Below the pieces are notes generated by a model. That model saw only the letters and a list, made by a program, of their open reading frames with translations, was not told the DNA's origin and made no database searches. 25,827 nt of DNA from Actinomycetes bacterium (GTDB taxonomy: Bacteria; Actinomycetota; Actinomycetes; JAHEKZ01): the NCBI GenBank assembly GCA_027117675.1, contig JAJAYM010000095.1, positions 1-25,827 of the forward strand. Reading direction: 5' to 3'. Of the stretch, positions 16,733-25,827 are shown in pieces; the first letter of the stretch is position 1, and the number at the start of each line of letters is the position of its first letter. The translations under genes were made by a program, and so were the position numbers.

Positions 16733-19420
16733 TCAGCCAAGAAGCCGCCGAGCCGGCAGATCGGTCCGACTCTGGGGGTGCCTCAGGGTGATCGCTGCGC
16801 CCAGGACCGCCAGGCCCTGCTCAGATGCCACGACCGGGCGAAGCACTAAGCGAGCCACCTCCGGCAAATCGTCGGCCAGCCGGGCTAGCCGGGCCACGAG
16901 GTCGCCGAGCAGTTCGCGATCGATCGCATGGCCGGAGCCGCCACGCCGCAATAGCCGAGCCGCCCTGGGTCGGTCGAGCAGCTCCTGAATGTCGTGGGCC
17001 GATAGCGGTGGAACAGCGTAGGCGTGGTCCCCCATCACGTCATAGGCAACTCCACTCAGCCCGAAGGTCACCACGGGACCGAAGAGCGGGTCCTCAGCAG
17101 TTTCGACGACCAGGGAAACCCCAGGATTCGCCTGCCGCTGCACGACCAGTCGGTCGTACTCGAGCGGCTCAAGATCAGCCAGGCGAGCAGCGAACTGGTA
17201 CCGAAGATCCCCCTCGTCGACGATGTCGAAGTAGACGCCCCCCAAGTCGCTGCGTAGTCGCAGGTAGGCATCGACCGTCTTGAGTACGACGGGGTAACCC
17301 AGTTCGGCCGCAGCGCTGGCCGCCTCGTCCGCCGTCCGGGCGGTGCGATGGGGCCACAGCCGCACGCCGTAGTGCTCCAGAAGTGCGGCGGCCGCGGAAG
17401 CGTCGAGGGTCCGTTGCTCGTGCATTCCGGCCAGCAACATGTTCACCATCACCCGAGCAGCTTCGACGTCGATCCCCTCCGGGACGACGGGAGTGTCGCT
17501 GGCGTGTTGACGCCACACGACGTGTTGGTGGACGGCCGCGAGCGCCCGCACTGCGTCCTCGACGGCCGGGTAGGTGGGAACCGCGCCCACCTCGAGCGGG
17601 CCCGGCGCGCGGCCATCGAGCAGCCTGTGGGCACCTTCGACGGCAAACATCACTGCCAGGATCGGAGTGTTCGCACGGGCCGCTACTCGGCGGACTGCCG
17701 CAGCCGCGCGGGCTCCGGTGTCATGCAGGCCGGGGACGTACATGGCCAAGATCGCGTCGACCGCCGGGTCGTCCGCGGCCGCAGCCAGTGCACGCTCGAA
17801 CTCCTCAGGCGTCGAGCGCTGATCGAAGACGACCGGCGGATCGACCCATTGCAGGCCGGCTCCAGCCACAGCGTCTGCCGCCATCAAGGTCATCGCATCG
17901 GAGTTGCCCATCGCCAGAACGCGATTGCCCTTGGGCATGGGCTGGGTGACCAGCAACTGCGCTACGTCGTACATCTGCGCAATGGTCTCGGTCCTGATCA
18001 CCCCGGACTGCGAGAACATCTGCTCAATAGCCTCGGGGCGCATTTGCGTGCTGCGAACCGCATGGCCCAGGGGCGCACCCTGCGTGGAACGGCCGGCTTT
18101 GACGCAGACGATGGGTTTGCGGGCTCCGAGCCGCCTCGCAATTCGGCTGAACTTGCGGGGGTTACCGATCGACTCGAGGTAGAGCATCACGACCTCGGTC
18201 GCGTCGTCGTCTTCCCAGTACTGAAGCAAGTCATTCCCGCTGATGGCGGCAGGGTTTCCGGCCGACACGAAGGTCGAAATTCCCAAGTCGCGTCGGCTTG
18301 CCGCCTCGAGCAGTGCGGCTCCCGGCGCACCCGACTGCGCAAAGAACCCGATCGGGCCGCAGGCAGGAACGTGCGGCGACAGCGAGGCGTTCAGCCGAAC
18401 GCCCTCATCGGTGTTGATGAAGCCGAGCGCGTTCGGTCCAAGGACCCGCAGACCGCAGGCCCGCGCCATACGCATCAACGACTGCTGGGCCGCCCACCCT
18501 TTCTGGCCGCTCTCACCGAAACCGGATGAGACAACAACCAGGTTGTGTACCCCGGCGACGGCGGCGTCGTGAACGATATCGGCAACGGTGGATGCAGGCG
18601 TAGCGACGATGGCGAGGTCGATGGGCGAGGGCGCCTCCGACAGCGTCGGATAACAGGGCAGGCCGGCCGCCTCGTCGCCGGCATTGGGGTTGATGGCCAC
18701 GACCGGCCCAGTGAAGCCGCCATCGACCACATGCCTGGCGACCGCGTACCCGATCGACATCGGGTTTCTACTCGCGCCAACTATGGCGACCGAGCGAGGT
18801 CTGACGAGCCGCGCCACCGAGTTTGCTTCGGCGCGTTGTTCGCGTGCGTGGGTAACGGCTAGCGACGACGCGGTGGGCGTGATGTCGAACGACAACGCGG
18901 CAAACCCGTCCTCGCGAGCAGTAGCGGCCGTGTAGCCGGCATGCTGGAAAACCTCAATCATCCGCGTGTTCTCCGGCAAGACCTCGGCGACGAACCGGCG
19001 CACCCCACGTTCGCGGGCTGCCTGGGCAATGTGTTCAAGAAAGATCGTGCCGAGCCCGCGCCCCTGGTGCTCGTCCTCAATGACGAAGGCGACCTCGGCT
19101 TCGTCATCGGACACCCGGTCATAGCGCACGACGCCGATGATCGCGTCGCCGATCGTGGCCACCAGCGCTCCACGGCCGTCGTAGTCGACGTGGGTGAACC
19201 GCTCGACGTCTCGATCAGAGAGCCTCGGGTAGGGGGCGAAGAAGCGGTAGTAGACCGTCCGCTCCGAAAGCCTTGAGTGGAACGCGATCAGTCCGGCAGC
19301 ATCGTCAGGCCGAATCGGCCGCAGGTGGCAGGTGCCACCGTCGCGCAGGACGACGTCGGCCTCCCACGCACTGGGGTAGGCCGAGGGCAGACCAGGCTCC
19401 ACGTCGGAGATCACAGCCAC
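16733..19420 (-). CDS. GNAT + NDP-forming acyl-CoA-synthetase-like multidomain protein (PatA-type protein lysine acetyltransferase)
   Basis: N-terminal GNAT ([16 protein letters not shown]), CoA-binding and ligase-like domains ([24 protein letters not shown]) and a C-terminal ATP-grasp-like region ([18 protein letters not shown]). Confidence 0.88.
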   Translation of the reverse strand: MAVISDVEPGLPSAYPSAWEADVVLRDGGTCHLRPIRPDDAAGLIAFHSRLSERTVYYRFFAPYPRLSDRDVERFTHVDYDGRGALVATIGDAIIGVVRYDRVSDDEAEVAFVIEDEHQGRGLGTIFLEHIAQAARERGVRRFVAEVLPENTRMIEVFQHAGYTAATAREDGFAALSFDITPTASSLAVTHAREQRAEANSVARLVRPRSVAIVGASRNPMSIGYAVARHVVDGGFTGPVVAINPNAGDEAAGLPCYPTLSEAPSPIDLAIVATPASTVADIVHDAAVAGVHNLVVVSSGFGESGQKGWAAQQSLMRMARACGLRVLGPNALGFINTDEGVRLNASLSPHVPACGPIGFFAQSGAPGAALLEAASRRDLGISTFVSAGNPAAISGNDLLQYWEDDDATEVVMLYLESIGNPRKFSRIARRLGARKPIVCVKAGRSTQGAPLGHAVRSTQMRPEAIEQMFSQSGVIRTETIAQMYDVAQLLVTQPMPKGNRVLAMGNSDAMTLMAADAVAGAGLQWVDPPVVFDQRSTPEEFERALAAAADDPAVDAILAMYVPGLHDTGARAAAAVRRVAARANTPILAVMFAVEGAHRLLDGRAPGPLEVGAVPTYPAVEDAVRALAAVHQHVVWRQHASDTPVVPEGIDVEAARVMVNMLLAGMHEQRTLDASAAAALLEHYGVRLWPHRTARTADEAASAAAELGYPVVLKTVDAYLRLRSDLGGVYFDIVDEGDLRYQFAARLADLEPLEYDRLVVQRQANPGVSLVVETAEDPLFGPVVTFGLSGVAYDVMGDHAYAVPPLSAHDIQELLDRPRAARLLRRGGSGHAIDRELLGDLVARLARLADDLPEVARLVLRPVVASEQGLAVLGAAITLRHPQSRTDLPARRLLG

Positions 19421-19533
19421 CCACCCACGCTACTGCTCGTCCACGGTCCCAGCGGGTCGGCGCGGCGTCAGAGGGTGGCTCAGGAGAGACTGGCCGGGTC
19501 CGCCCCGCGCATCCCACTGGAGCCCCGTCCCGC

Positions 19534-21975
19534 ATGGCCCGTCGCAAGTCCACTCCGGCCGCATCCGAGCCTGTCCGCGAAACGATCGTCGACGTCGACG
19601 TCGCTGATGAGATGCAGGGCAGCTTCCTCGAGTATGCCTACTCGGTGATCTACTCCCGAGCGCTGCCCGACGCGCGCGATGGGCTCAAGCCGGTACATCG
19701 CCGCATCCTCTACCAGATGGACGACATGGGGCTACGCCCCGACCGCGGCCACGTGAAGTCGGCGCGCGTGGTGGGCGAGGTGATGGGAAAGCTGCACCCA
19801 CACGGTGACGGTGCAATCTACGATGCCTTGGTCCGTATGGCGCAGCCCTTCTCGATGCGGTTGCCGCTGGTCGACGGCCACGGCAACTTCGGCAGTCTCG
19901 ACTCCGGGCCGGCGGCCATGCGCTACACCGAGTGCCGTCTGGGTGCTGCAGCATTGCTCATGACGGGGTCGATCGGCGAGGACGTCGTCGACTTCACCCC
20001 GAACTACGACGGCCAACTCACCGAGCCGCAGGTGCTCCGGGCCGCGTACCCGAACCTGCTGGTCAATGGCGCCACTGGCATCGCGGTCGGCATGGCCACG
20101 AACATGGCTCCCCACAACCTGGTTGAGGTCATCTCCGCAGCTCGCCACCTGTTGGCACACCCAAAGTCCGACCTCGACACCATGATGCGCTTCATCCCCG
20201 GTCCCGACCTTCCAACGGGGGGCAGCATCGTCGGCCTCAACGGCATTCGCGACGCATACGCGACGGGCAAAGGTTCCTTCCGCGTCAGATCAACGACTCG
20301 GATCGAGAACGTCACCCCACGCCGCAAGGGCATCGTGGTCACCGAGCTGCCAATGGGCGTTGGGCCGGAGAAGGTGGTCGAAAAGATCTCGGACCTGGTC
20401 CGCAACAAGAAGTTGCAGGGCATCAGCGGCCTCGTCGACCTCACCGACCACGAGCAAGGGCTCCGGCTGGTCGTCGAAATAAAGAACGGCTTCAACCCTG
20501 ACGCCATACTCGACGAGCTCTACCGACTCACTCCGATGGAAGACTCGTTCGGCATCAACAACGTCGCTCTCGTCGACGGCCAACCGCGGACGCTCGGGCT
20601 GCTCGAGCTGCTCCACGTATACCTCGAGCACCGAATCGACATCGTCCGGAGGCGATGCGAGTTTCGTCGCCGCAAGGCCTCCGAGCGCCGGCACCTGGTC
20701 GATGGCCTGCTCATTGCCATCGTCGACATCGACGAGGTCATCGCCGTGATCCGCGGTTCCGACGACGCCGCGCAAGCCAAGGAGCGTTTGATCGGCGTAT
20801 TCGACCTGAGCGATGTCCAGGTGACGTACATCCTGGACATGCCATTGCGCCGCCTCACCAAGTTCAGTCGGATTGAGCTCGAGACCGAACGCGAGCAGTT
20901 GGTGGCGACCATCGACGAGCTCACAACGATCCTCGACGACGAGAAGATCCTGAGAAGGCTGGTGTCCTCAGAGCTCGCGGAGGTCGCGAAGCAGTTCGGG
21001 ACCCCTCGCCGCACTGTTCTGCTCGAGTCGGCCGGCCAGCCAAGCAGCGCCGCCACACCCCTTGAGGTCAGCGACGACCCCTGCCGAGTGCTGATGTCGG
21101 CTACCGGACTGCTCGCCAGGACCGTCGACGAAGCGCCGCTCGAACCAGTCAGTAAGCGCGCCAAACACGACGTCGTCGTGGGCGACGTCGTCACGACGGC
21201 ACGCGGTGATGTCGGTCTCCTCACGTCCGCGGGCGAGGTCGTCCGACTGTCGGTCCTCGACCTGCCCACCCTGCCTAACACTGCCGCCGGACCGACTCTC
21301 TCCGGTGGAGCGCCGGTTCGTGAGTTCGTCGACCTGGCTCGCGGTGAGCGGCCGCTGGGGCTGGTGCCCCTCGACGGCCCGGCGACCATCGCGCTGGGCA
21401 CCCGACTAGGCACCGTGAAAAGGGTCACCATAGAGCCGTTGGCCAACAAGGCGAGGTGGGACCTCATCAGCCTCAAGGACGGAGACGAGGTGATCGGCGC
21501 AGCCGCCGCTACCGACACTGACGATGTCGTGTTCGTGACCTCAGACGGACAGCTGCTTCGCTTCGGCGCGTCAGCGGTCCGTCCCCAAGGCCGGACCGCC
21601 GGCGGCATGTCCGGCGTCCGGCTAGGTGCCGACGCAGAGGTGGTCTTCTTCGGCACCGTCTCAGACACTGTAGGAGCTGCCGTGGTCACCGTCGCTGGTA
21701 GTTCAGCTGCGCTCCCCGGCACCGAGGGCGGCAGCGTCAAGGTCACAGACTTCGGCGAGTACCCCGCCAAGGGCCGAGGGACCGGCGGGGTGCGGTGCCA
21801 CCGGTTCCTCAAGGGTGTGGACACGTTGATCCTCGCGTGGGTAGGACCGGCCGCCCCGATCGCCTGCGCCGCCGCCGGCGTCCCGATCGAGCTTCCACCA
21901 GCCGTGGGGCGACGCGACGGTAGCGGCGAGCCCGCCGGCCAACCGATCGCCGCAGTGGGTTCGAGCCGCGGGTGA
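19534..21975 (+). CDS. parC: Type II topoisomerase subunit A, actinobacterial topoisomerase IV (ParC) type
   Basis: [29 protein letters not shown] (catalytic Tyr), [18 protein letters not shown] and a beta-pinwheel CTD with no recognisable GyrA-box. Start reassigned to ATG 19534. Confidence 0.9.
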   Translation: MARRKSTPAASEPVRETIVDVDVADEMQGSFLEYAYSVIYSRALPDARDGLKPVHRRILYQMDDMGLRPDRGHVKSARVVGEVMGKLHPHGDGAIYDALVRMAQPFSMRLPLVDGHGNFGSLDSGPAAMRYTECRLGAAALLMTGSIGEDVVDFTPNYDGQLTEPQVLRAAYPNLLVNGATGIAVGMATNMAPHNLVEVISAARHLLAHPKSDLDTMMRFIPGPDLPTGGSIVGLNGIRDAYATGKGSFRVRSTTRIENVTPRRKGIVVTELPMGVGPEKVVEKISDLVRNKKLQGISGLVDLTDHEQGLRLVVEIKNGFNPDAILDELYRLTPMEDSFGINNVALVDGQPRTLGLLELLHVYLEHRIDIVRRRCEFRRRKASERRHLVDGLLIAIVDIDEVIAVIRGSDDAAQAKERLIGVFDLSDVQVTYILDMPLRRLTKFSRIELETEREQLVATIDELTTILDDEKILRRLVSSELAEVAKQFGTPRRTVLLESAGQPSSAATPLEVSDDPCRVLMSATGLLARTVDEAPLEPVSKRAKHDVVVGDVVTTARGDVGLLTSAGEVVRLSVLDLPTLPNTAAGPTLSGGAPVREFVDLARGERPLGLVPLDGPATIALGTRLGTVKRVTIEPLANKARWDLISLKDGDEVIGAAAATDTDDVVFVTSDGQLLRFGASAVRPQGRTAGGMSGVRLGADAEVVFFGTVSDTVGAAVVTVAGSSAALPGTEGGSVKVTDFGEYPAKGRGTGGVRCHRFLKGVDTLILAWVGPAAPIACAAAGVPIELPPAVGRRDGSGEPAGQPIAAVGSSRG

Positions 21976-22844
21976 CGCTCACCTGTTCGGCCAACGGCCG
22001 TGCCATCGGCGAACCCCTCGCCGGCACCGCCCCGCACGCCCGACTCTGGGTCCTGCTCGAGCAGCCGGGGCCGTGGGGCCGCGCTGCACCCCTCGAGAGC
22101 CGCCTGCCCACCCAAGTAGGACAAGCGCTCACCGAGCTCACTGAGTCGCGTCCGGTTCGCCTGGGGCTGATCAGGGCCGTCGGTACACACGCCGATGGCC
22201 AGGCCACTGCTCGCACTTTGTTGGTCGCCCGCACAGATGCTGACCACTCGTGGCTTGCGGCTCGGTCGATTACCGATGTCGAGGCCCTACCGGGTGAGCT
22301 CGACATCGCCGCACTCCTGACGTCCGACGGCGTTCCAGGCGCTCTCCCTGGTGAGCCGCTGCCGACGCCGGTCAGCGCCACGCTGGTATGCACGAACGCC
22401 AAGCGCGACCAGTGCTGCGCAATGCTCGGTCGCCCTTTGGCGGCTTCGATGGCCGCAGACGCCGAACTCGATACCCAGGTGTGGGAGACCTCTCACACCG
22501 GTGGCCACCGCTTCGCACCCACCTTCGCCTCGCTGCCAGACGGGTACCTCTTCGGGGGTCCGAACGCCGCCTCCCGCAGCCTGGACGCCTGCCGCGGCCG
22601 GTCCGCTCTGCCTCCGGCGGCCCAGGTTGCCGAGCTCGCGGTGTTACGCGAACGTGGCGCGCGGCGACCGCGTGCGCTCAGCGTTGCGCGCTCTAGTGAC
22701 GACGGCTACCTCGTACGCGACGGCGCCGCAGTTTTCACTGTGCGGGTGACCGCCACGCCAGGACCTGACCGCCCCGAGAGCTGCGGCAAACAGCCGGTGC
22801 CCTCGTCGTGGTTCAGCACAACCGTAACCCCCAGCAACGTGTGA
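21972..22844 (+). CDS. Sucrase-ferredoxin (Apd1/Aim32-like thioredoxin-fold [2Fe-2S]) protein
   Basis: [20 protein letters not shown] (C-x8-C), [13 protein letters not shown] (HxGGH) and ESCGK. GTGA overlap with parC. Confidence 0.88.
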   Translation: MTLTCSANGRAIGEPLAGTAPHARLWVLLEQPGPWGRAAPLESRLPTQVGQALTELTESRPVRLGLIRAVGTHADGQATARTLLVARTDADHSWLAARSITDVEALPGELDIAALLTSDGVPGALPGEPLPTPVSATLVCTNAKRDQCCAMLGRPLAASMAADAELDTQVWETSHTGGHRFAPTFASLPDGYLFGGPNAASRSLDACRGRSALPPAAQVAELAVLRERGARRPRALSVARSSDDGYLVRDGAAVFTVRVTATPGPDRPESCGKQPVPSSWFSTTVTPSNV

Positions 22845-22889
22845 ATTGGCGGTAGCCATAACGACCGCTGCCTGCCACAGTGTTGGCTC

Positions 22890-23127
22890 TCGACCCCCTC
22901 ATCGGTCACGCGCACCGCGGACGCGTGACCGACCAGCCGATCATTGTCGAACGCCACGACGTGGACGCCACCGAGTCAGGTTGCCAGTCATCTTCGGTGA
23001 AGTCGCCGGGGAATGACTGCCACAGAAGGGCGCGCAACGCGGCTCGCACGGCGTCCGACAACTCGTCGGATGCCATCAACCGCAGCTCCACGTCACCAGT
23101 CGCCACGCGTTCGGCGTCTCTTGTCAC
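22890..23127 (-). pseudogene. Frameshifted, truncated remnant of an aminoglycoside 2'-N-acetyltransferase-like (AAC(2')-I) GNAT
   Basis: Frame 1 gives LRLMASDELSDAVRAALRALLWQSFPGDFTEDDWQ. After a 1-nt shift near 22976-22980 it gives LGGVHVVAFDNDRLVGHASAV. Together these match the recalled GDF.xDDWxHxLGGxH...HAxVV family signature. Confidence 0.7.
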
Positions 23128-23271
23128 ATGGCCAGCATGCCGCACTCACAAACGCGGGGTGTTCTCCGATTCCTGTGCGCCAGGAGGGCCGAGTGGCTCT
23201 GACTTCGTCTCTCGTCCGCTCGGGGCGCCAGGTGCAGCATCACGTGGCGGTCGGGCTACGAACCAAGCTGC

Positions 23272-25827
23272 TCACATCTGGCGCGTCAAGCTGACCTCAC
23301 CTGTGAGGTTTGGTGCCTGGCGCGGCTCCACCCCCTGGATTCCAGTGATGCGCTGCAGCGTGCCGGTCTCAAGATCGATGGCACACAGCGTGAGCCACTC
23401 GTTCTTGACCAAGTCGTTCACAGACTTGTGTTTGGCCAGCACTCGCTCGATAGCACAGGGCTCAGCGGCCACCACAGCAAGCAGTCGCAGCGGCTCGTGC
23501 ACCAGCTTTCCGTGGTAGCGCACCGACTGCTCGGACAGGCCAGTCAGCAAGTCACCGGACGCTCCGGCAAGCACACCGAGACCGCCGACTGGATTGTGAG
23601 CGGTCTTACTACCTGACCCGAGGTTTTGTGGGTCTGCTGCTGAGAAGAAATACTGGGCATTGATCCATTGGGCCACCACGAGTGGAGCAGTCAGGATCGT
23701 CTCGAGCGCCACCCCGGCGGCGTCGTTTCTCGCCTCGTAGTCGTGCAAGAAGGCACGGCCGTTCAGATCCATTCCCCGGGTCAGCCGGCGCGGCGCCGCG
23801 ATGAACATGGCGTTACCGACCAGCCCGTACTCATGCCGAACAGTGGCCCAGTCGCCTGACAAGCGGCGGGCTGTCGAGACGGCTCGTTCCTGGGTGCCTT
23901 TGACCAACGGAAGGGCCGCCGCACGTTCGGCAGTGGTGAGGTATCCGGCGCGTCGCAGGTCTAGGACCAGTCGGTGCAGATCCACCTTGCACTGGGCAGG
24001 TAGCTGCGGGTCACCGACAAACCTGACCTCGTCAGTTGCCGTGTCATGTTCTGCAGCCACGAAGGTGGTGTCTTTGGGAATCACGAGTCCACGTTCAGCC
24101 AGCTGAGCTCGGACGCCGGGGTCGTTCAGCGTTGATGCCGCGAGCCATGCGTTCAGCCCACCCCGTTGCCCTCCGCAGGCACCACAGTCGAACGCCGACT
24201 CGGTCGGATTGTTGGCCGACGTGCTGCCGTGTGCTGTCAAGACCACAAGAGGGGCGGTCATCGGGCCATGCAGGCCCGTCATCTGTACCAGGGCAGCAGC
24301 CGCATCGACGTCATGGGCAGGTTTCGGGCTCAATGCGATCGACCCTGCCTGTGGTGCTTTCGCGAACCACCCAGGAGACGCGGTGCGCGCCGTCGCTGTG
24401 AGACCACGCAGCGCGCCGATCTCGACGGCCGCAAACCCCCCGCCCACGCTGTTTAGGGCAGTGCTCAGTGCTGAGTTCAGCAGCTCGCGTACCGTCGCGG
24501 CCCGCCGATGAGCGACATCGATGGTGATGGTCGGCGAGAGCAACACCGGGTGGTGCATCGTCGTCGACGACCGACCCAGGCTCTGCACAGCGAATCCGAA
24601 GAAACCAGCAAAGCCGACGGTCCGGTATCGGCCCTCAGCTTCGAGGTGTCGGCGCATCGGTTCGCTGCGCGGATCGATGCAAAAGACCAGGTCGGCATCG
24701 GACCGGATCTGTGGCGCCGGATCGCCTTCCCGCGCCCGCCCCGCTAGTTCAGCAAGCACCGGAACCCGCTGCGCACTCTCGGCGGCGGACAGTGCCGCCA
24801 GCGCCGGCGCGCCGACAACCGCAAGCGTCGCTCTCCCAGCAAGCGGGCGATCTGCCACACGTAGTGCCAGCCTGGTCGCCACCCGGACAGCCATCAGATC
24901 AACGAGGGCCTCAACAGCAAGAGCCGCCTCAACAGTGCCACGGCGTCCAAGAAACCCGGACCAGCCAGGAAGCCTCAGCAGTTGTTGCCGGAGCCATACC
25001 TCGCAGGCGTCCACCGGCTCACCGGATTCCTTCACCCCGGCCACCACCACGTCCAACGCATCGGCCGGCAACATCTCCAGCCACGTTCGTGCTGGTGCCG
25101 TGAAGACCCGGTCATGCACCGCAACGGTTCGGAACCACTGCCAGAGGGACGCCGATCGCCTCGGGGCCGGCCAGGGCGCATCGCCTGTGTCGGTCCACGA
25201 GCTGAGCCAGCCGGCCACGACGTCATCCACCTGGCCGAGCGGTTCAGCAGGACGCGCCGGAAGACCGGGCAACGTGGCCCAGCCGCGTCCGGCCGCAACG
25301 CTCGTCACCGCCTCCCCGAAGGGACGGTTGATGAAACCAAGAAGCGGATTCGAGGCGATAAATCCTTGCCACGTCCACGAGGGTGGGATCGACTCTGCCG
25401 CAAGCCGCAGCTGCTGGCGCACGATGGCGCGATCCTCGACGAGGGCGGCGACCACAGGCGTCCAGGCCGGGTCTGGGGTGTGCCGACGACGCAGCCGCAC
25501 GGCTGAGTGGGGATGTGCCCAGCGATGCAGCCGGACCCACAACTGCTCAGGTTGCCGGTAGGTCAGCCAGGCAAAAGCCAAGGAAGTCACGAGCATGGCT
25601 GCCGCGACCGCCCAAGGCAGCACGCCCTGGGTCGTGTTGGAAAGCCTCAGGTAGCCACCAAGGGCGTGCACGCCGCCCGCTACCGCACCGACGACAGCAA
25701 CAGCGATCGCCGCTGCGATCACCTGAGTACGTACCCGCGCACTGAAGGAGAGCAGCCCACATCCCGCGGCACTGAACGCCACCACGAGCGTGACAGAGGT
25801 GACCGGTTGCGACCAAGCCCCCACCAC
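23272..25827 (-). CDS. dabA: DabA (DUF2309) inorganic-carbon transporter subunit, in frame with an N-terminal multi-TM segment (probable DabB-DabA fusion); 5' end cut off by the window edge
   Basis: IPPSWTWQGFIASNPLLGF N-terminal motif, FCIDPRSEPMRRHLE, GFAGFFG, AHGSTSANNP...DCGACGG, AEHDTATD, DWATVRHEYGL, RAFLHDY and WINAQYFFS. The frame is open to position 25827. Confidence 0.88.
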   Translation of the reverse strand: MVGAWSQPVTSVTLVVAFSAAGCGLLSFSARVRTQVIAAAIAVAVVGAVAGGVHALGGYLRLSNTTQGVLPWAVAAAMLVTSLAFAWLTYRQPEQLWVRLHRWAHPHSAVRLRRRHTPDPAWTPVVAALVEDRAIVRQQLRLAAESIPPSWTWQGFIASNPLLGFINRPFGEAVTSVAAGRGWATLPGLPARPAEPLGQVDDVVAGWLSSWTDTGDAPWPAPRRSASLWQWFRTVAVHDRVFTAPARTWLEMLPADALDVVVAGVKESGEPVDACEVWLRQQLLRLPGWSGFLGRRGTVEAALAVEALVDLMAVRVATRLALRVADRPLAGRATLAVVGAPALAALSAAESAQRVPVLAELAGRAREGDPAPQIRSDADLVFCIDPRSEPMRRHLEAEGRYRTVGFAGFFGFAVQSLGRSSTTMHHPVLLSPTITIDVAHRRAATVRELLNSALSTALNSVGGGFAAVEIGALRGLTATARTASPGWFAKAPQAGSIALSPKPAHDVDAAAALVQMTGLHGPMTAPLVVLTAHGSTSANNPTESAFDCGACGGQRGGLNAWLAASTLNDPGVRAQLAERGLVIPKDTTFVAAEHDTATDEVRFVGDPQLPAQCKVDLHRLVLDLRRAGYLTTAERAAALPLVKGTQERAVSTARRLSGDWATVRHEYGLVGNAMFIAAPRRLTRGMDLNGRAFLHDYEARNDAAGVALETILTAPLVVAQWINAQYFFSAADPQNLGSGSKTAHNPVGGLGVLAGASGDLLTGLSEQSVRYHGKLVHEPLRLLAVVAAEPCAIERVLAKHKSVNDLVKNEWLTLCAIDLETGTLQRITGIQGVEPRQAPNLTGEVSLTRQM

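Noticed and set aside
17348-18529. 393-aa plus-strand ORF
   Set aside because: Entirely antisense to the Pat gene, Arg/Gly-rich and motif-free.
19534-21975. Calling this gene gyrA
   Set aside because: No GyrA-box seen, no adjacent gyrB/dnaA-recF context, and the motifs fit the actinobacterial topoisomerase IV paralogue.
20520-22247. 575-aa minus-strand ORF
   Set aside because: Antisense to parC and the sucrase-ferredoxin; Ser/Thr/Pro-rich composition is typical of a shadow frame.
22790-22870. Minus-frame peptide [16 protein letters not shown] as a further piece of the aac(2') remnant
   Set aside because: Only loose similarity, and it overlaps the constrained 3' end of the ferredoxin gene.
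23150-23271. Repeated 8-mer GCGCCAGG in the dab-aac intergenic region
   Set aside because: Two short GC-rich copies only; not significant.
24521-25561. 346-aa plus-strand ORF
   Set aside because: Antisense shadow of dabA.
1-25827. CRISPR arrays, tRNA/rRNA genes, transposases, integrases, defence systems
   Set aside because: No periodic repeats, RNA-gene signatures or such protein motifs were seen; nearly all sequence is explained by core genes.

Overview
High-GC actinobacterial chromosome segment, mostly conserved core genes in a Streptomyces/Mycobacterium-like order. From left: aconitase (cut by the left edge), TRAM/RlmD-type RNA methyltransferase, KimA-like APC transporter divergent from two trkA genes, DUF3159, OB-fold, DUF3710, dut, PaaI thioesterase, DUF3093, DUF4235, DUF4193, gamma-carbonic-anhydrase-family gene, suhB, hemH, MFS transporter, sepH, DUF5998, GNAT-ACD protein acetyltransferase, topoisomerase IV subunit A and a sucrase-ferredoxin. 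The right end holds a DabA (DUF2309) inorganic-carbon pump subunit in one uninterrupted frame with an upstream membrane segment, probably a DabB-DabA fusion; it is cut by the right edge. Features not explained by the ORF track: a perfect UrtR/TamR-type palindrome before aconitase, an internally deleted molybdopterin-oxidoreductase remnant, an in-frame amber stop splitting the MFS gene, a frameshifted aac(2')-like remnant, and many leaderless-type promoters. No rRNA, tRNA, CRISPR array or mobile element was seen. Family assignments come from motif recognition by eye and recalled consensus sequences; no database search was run.
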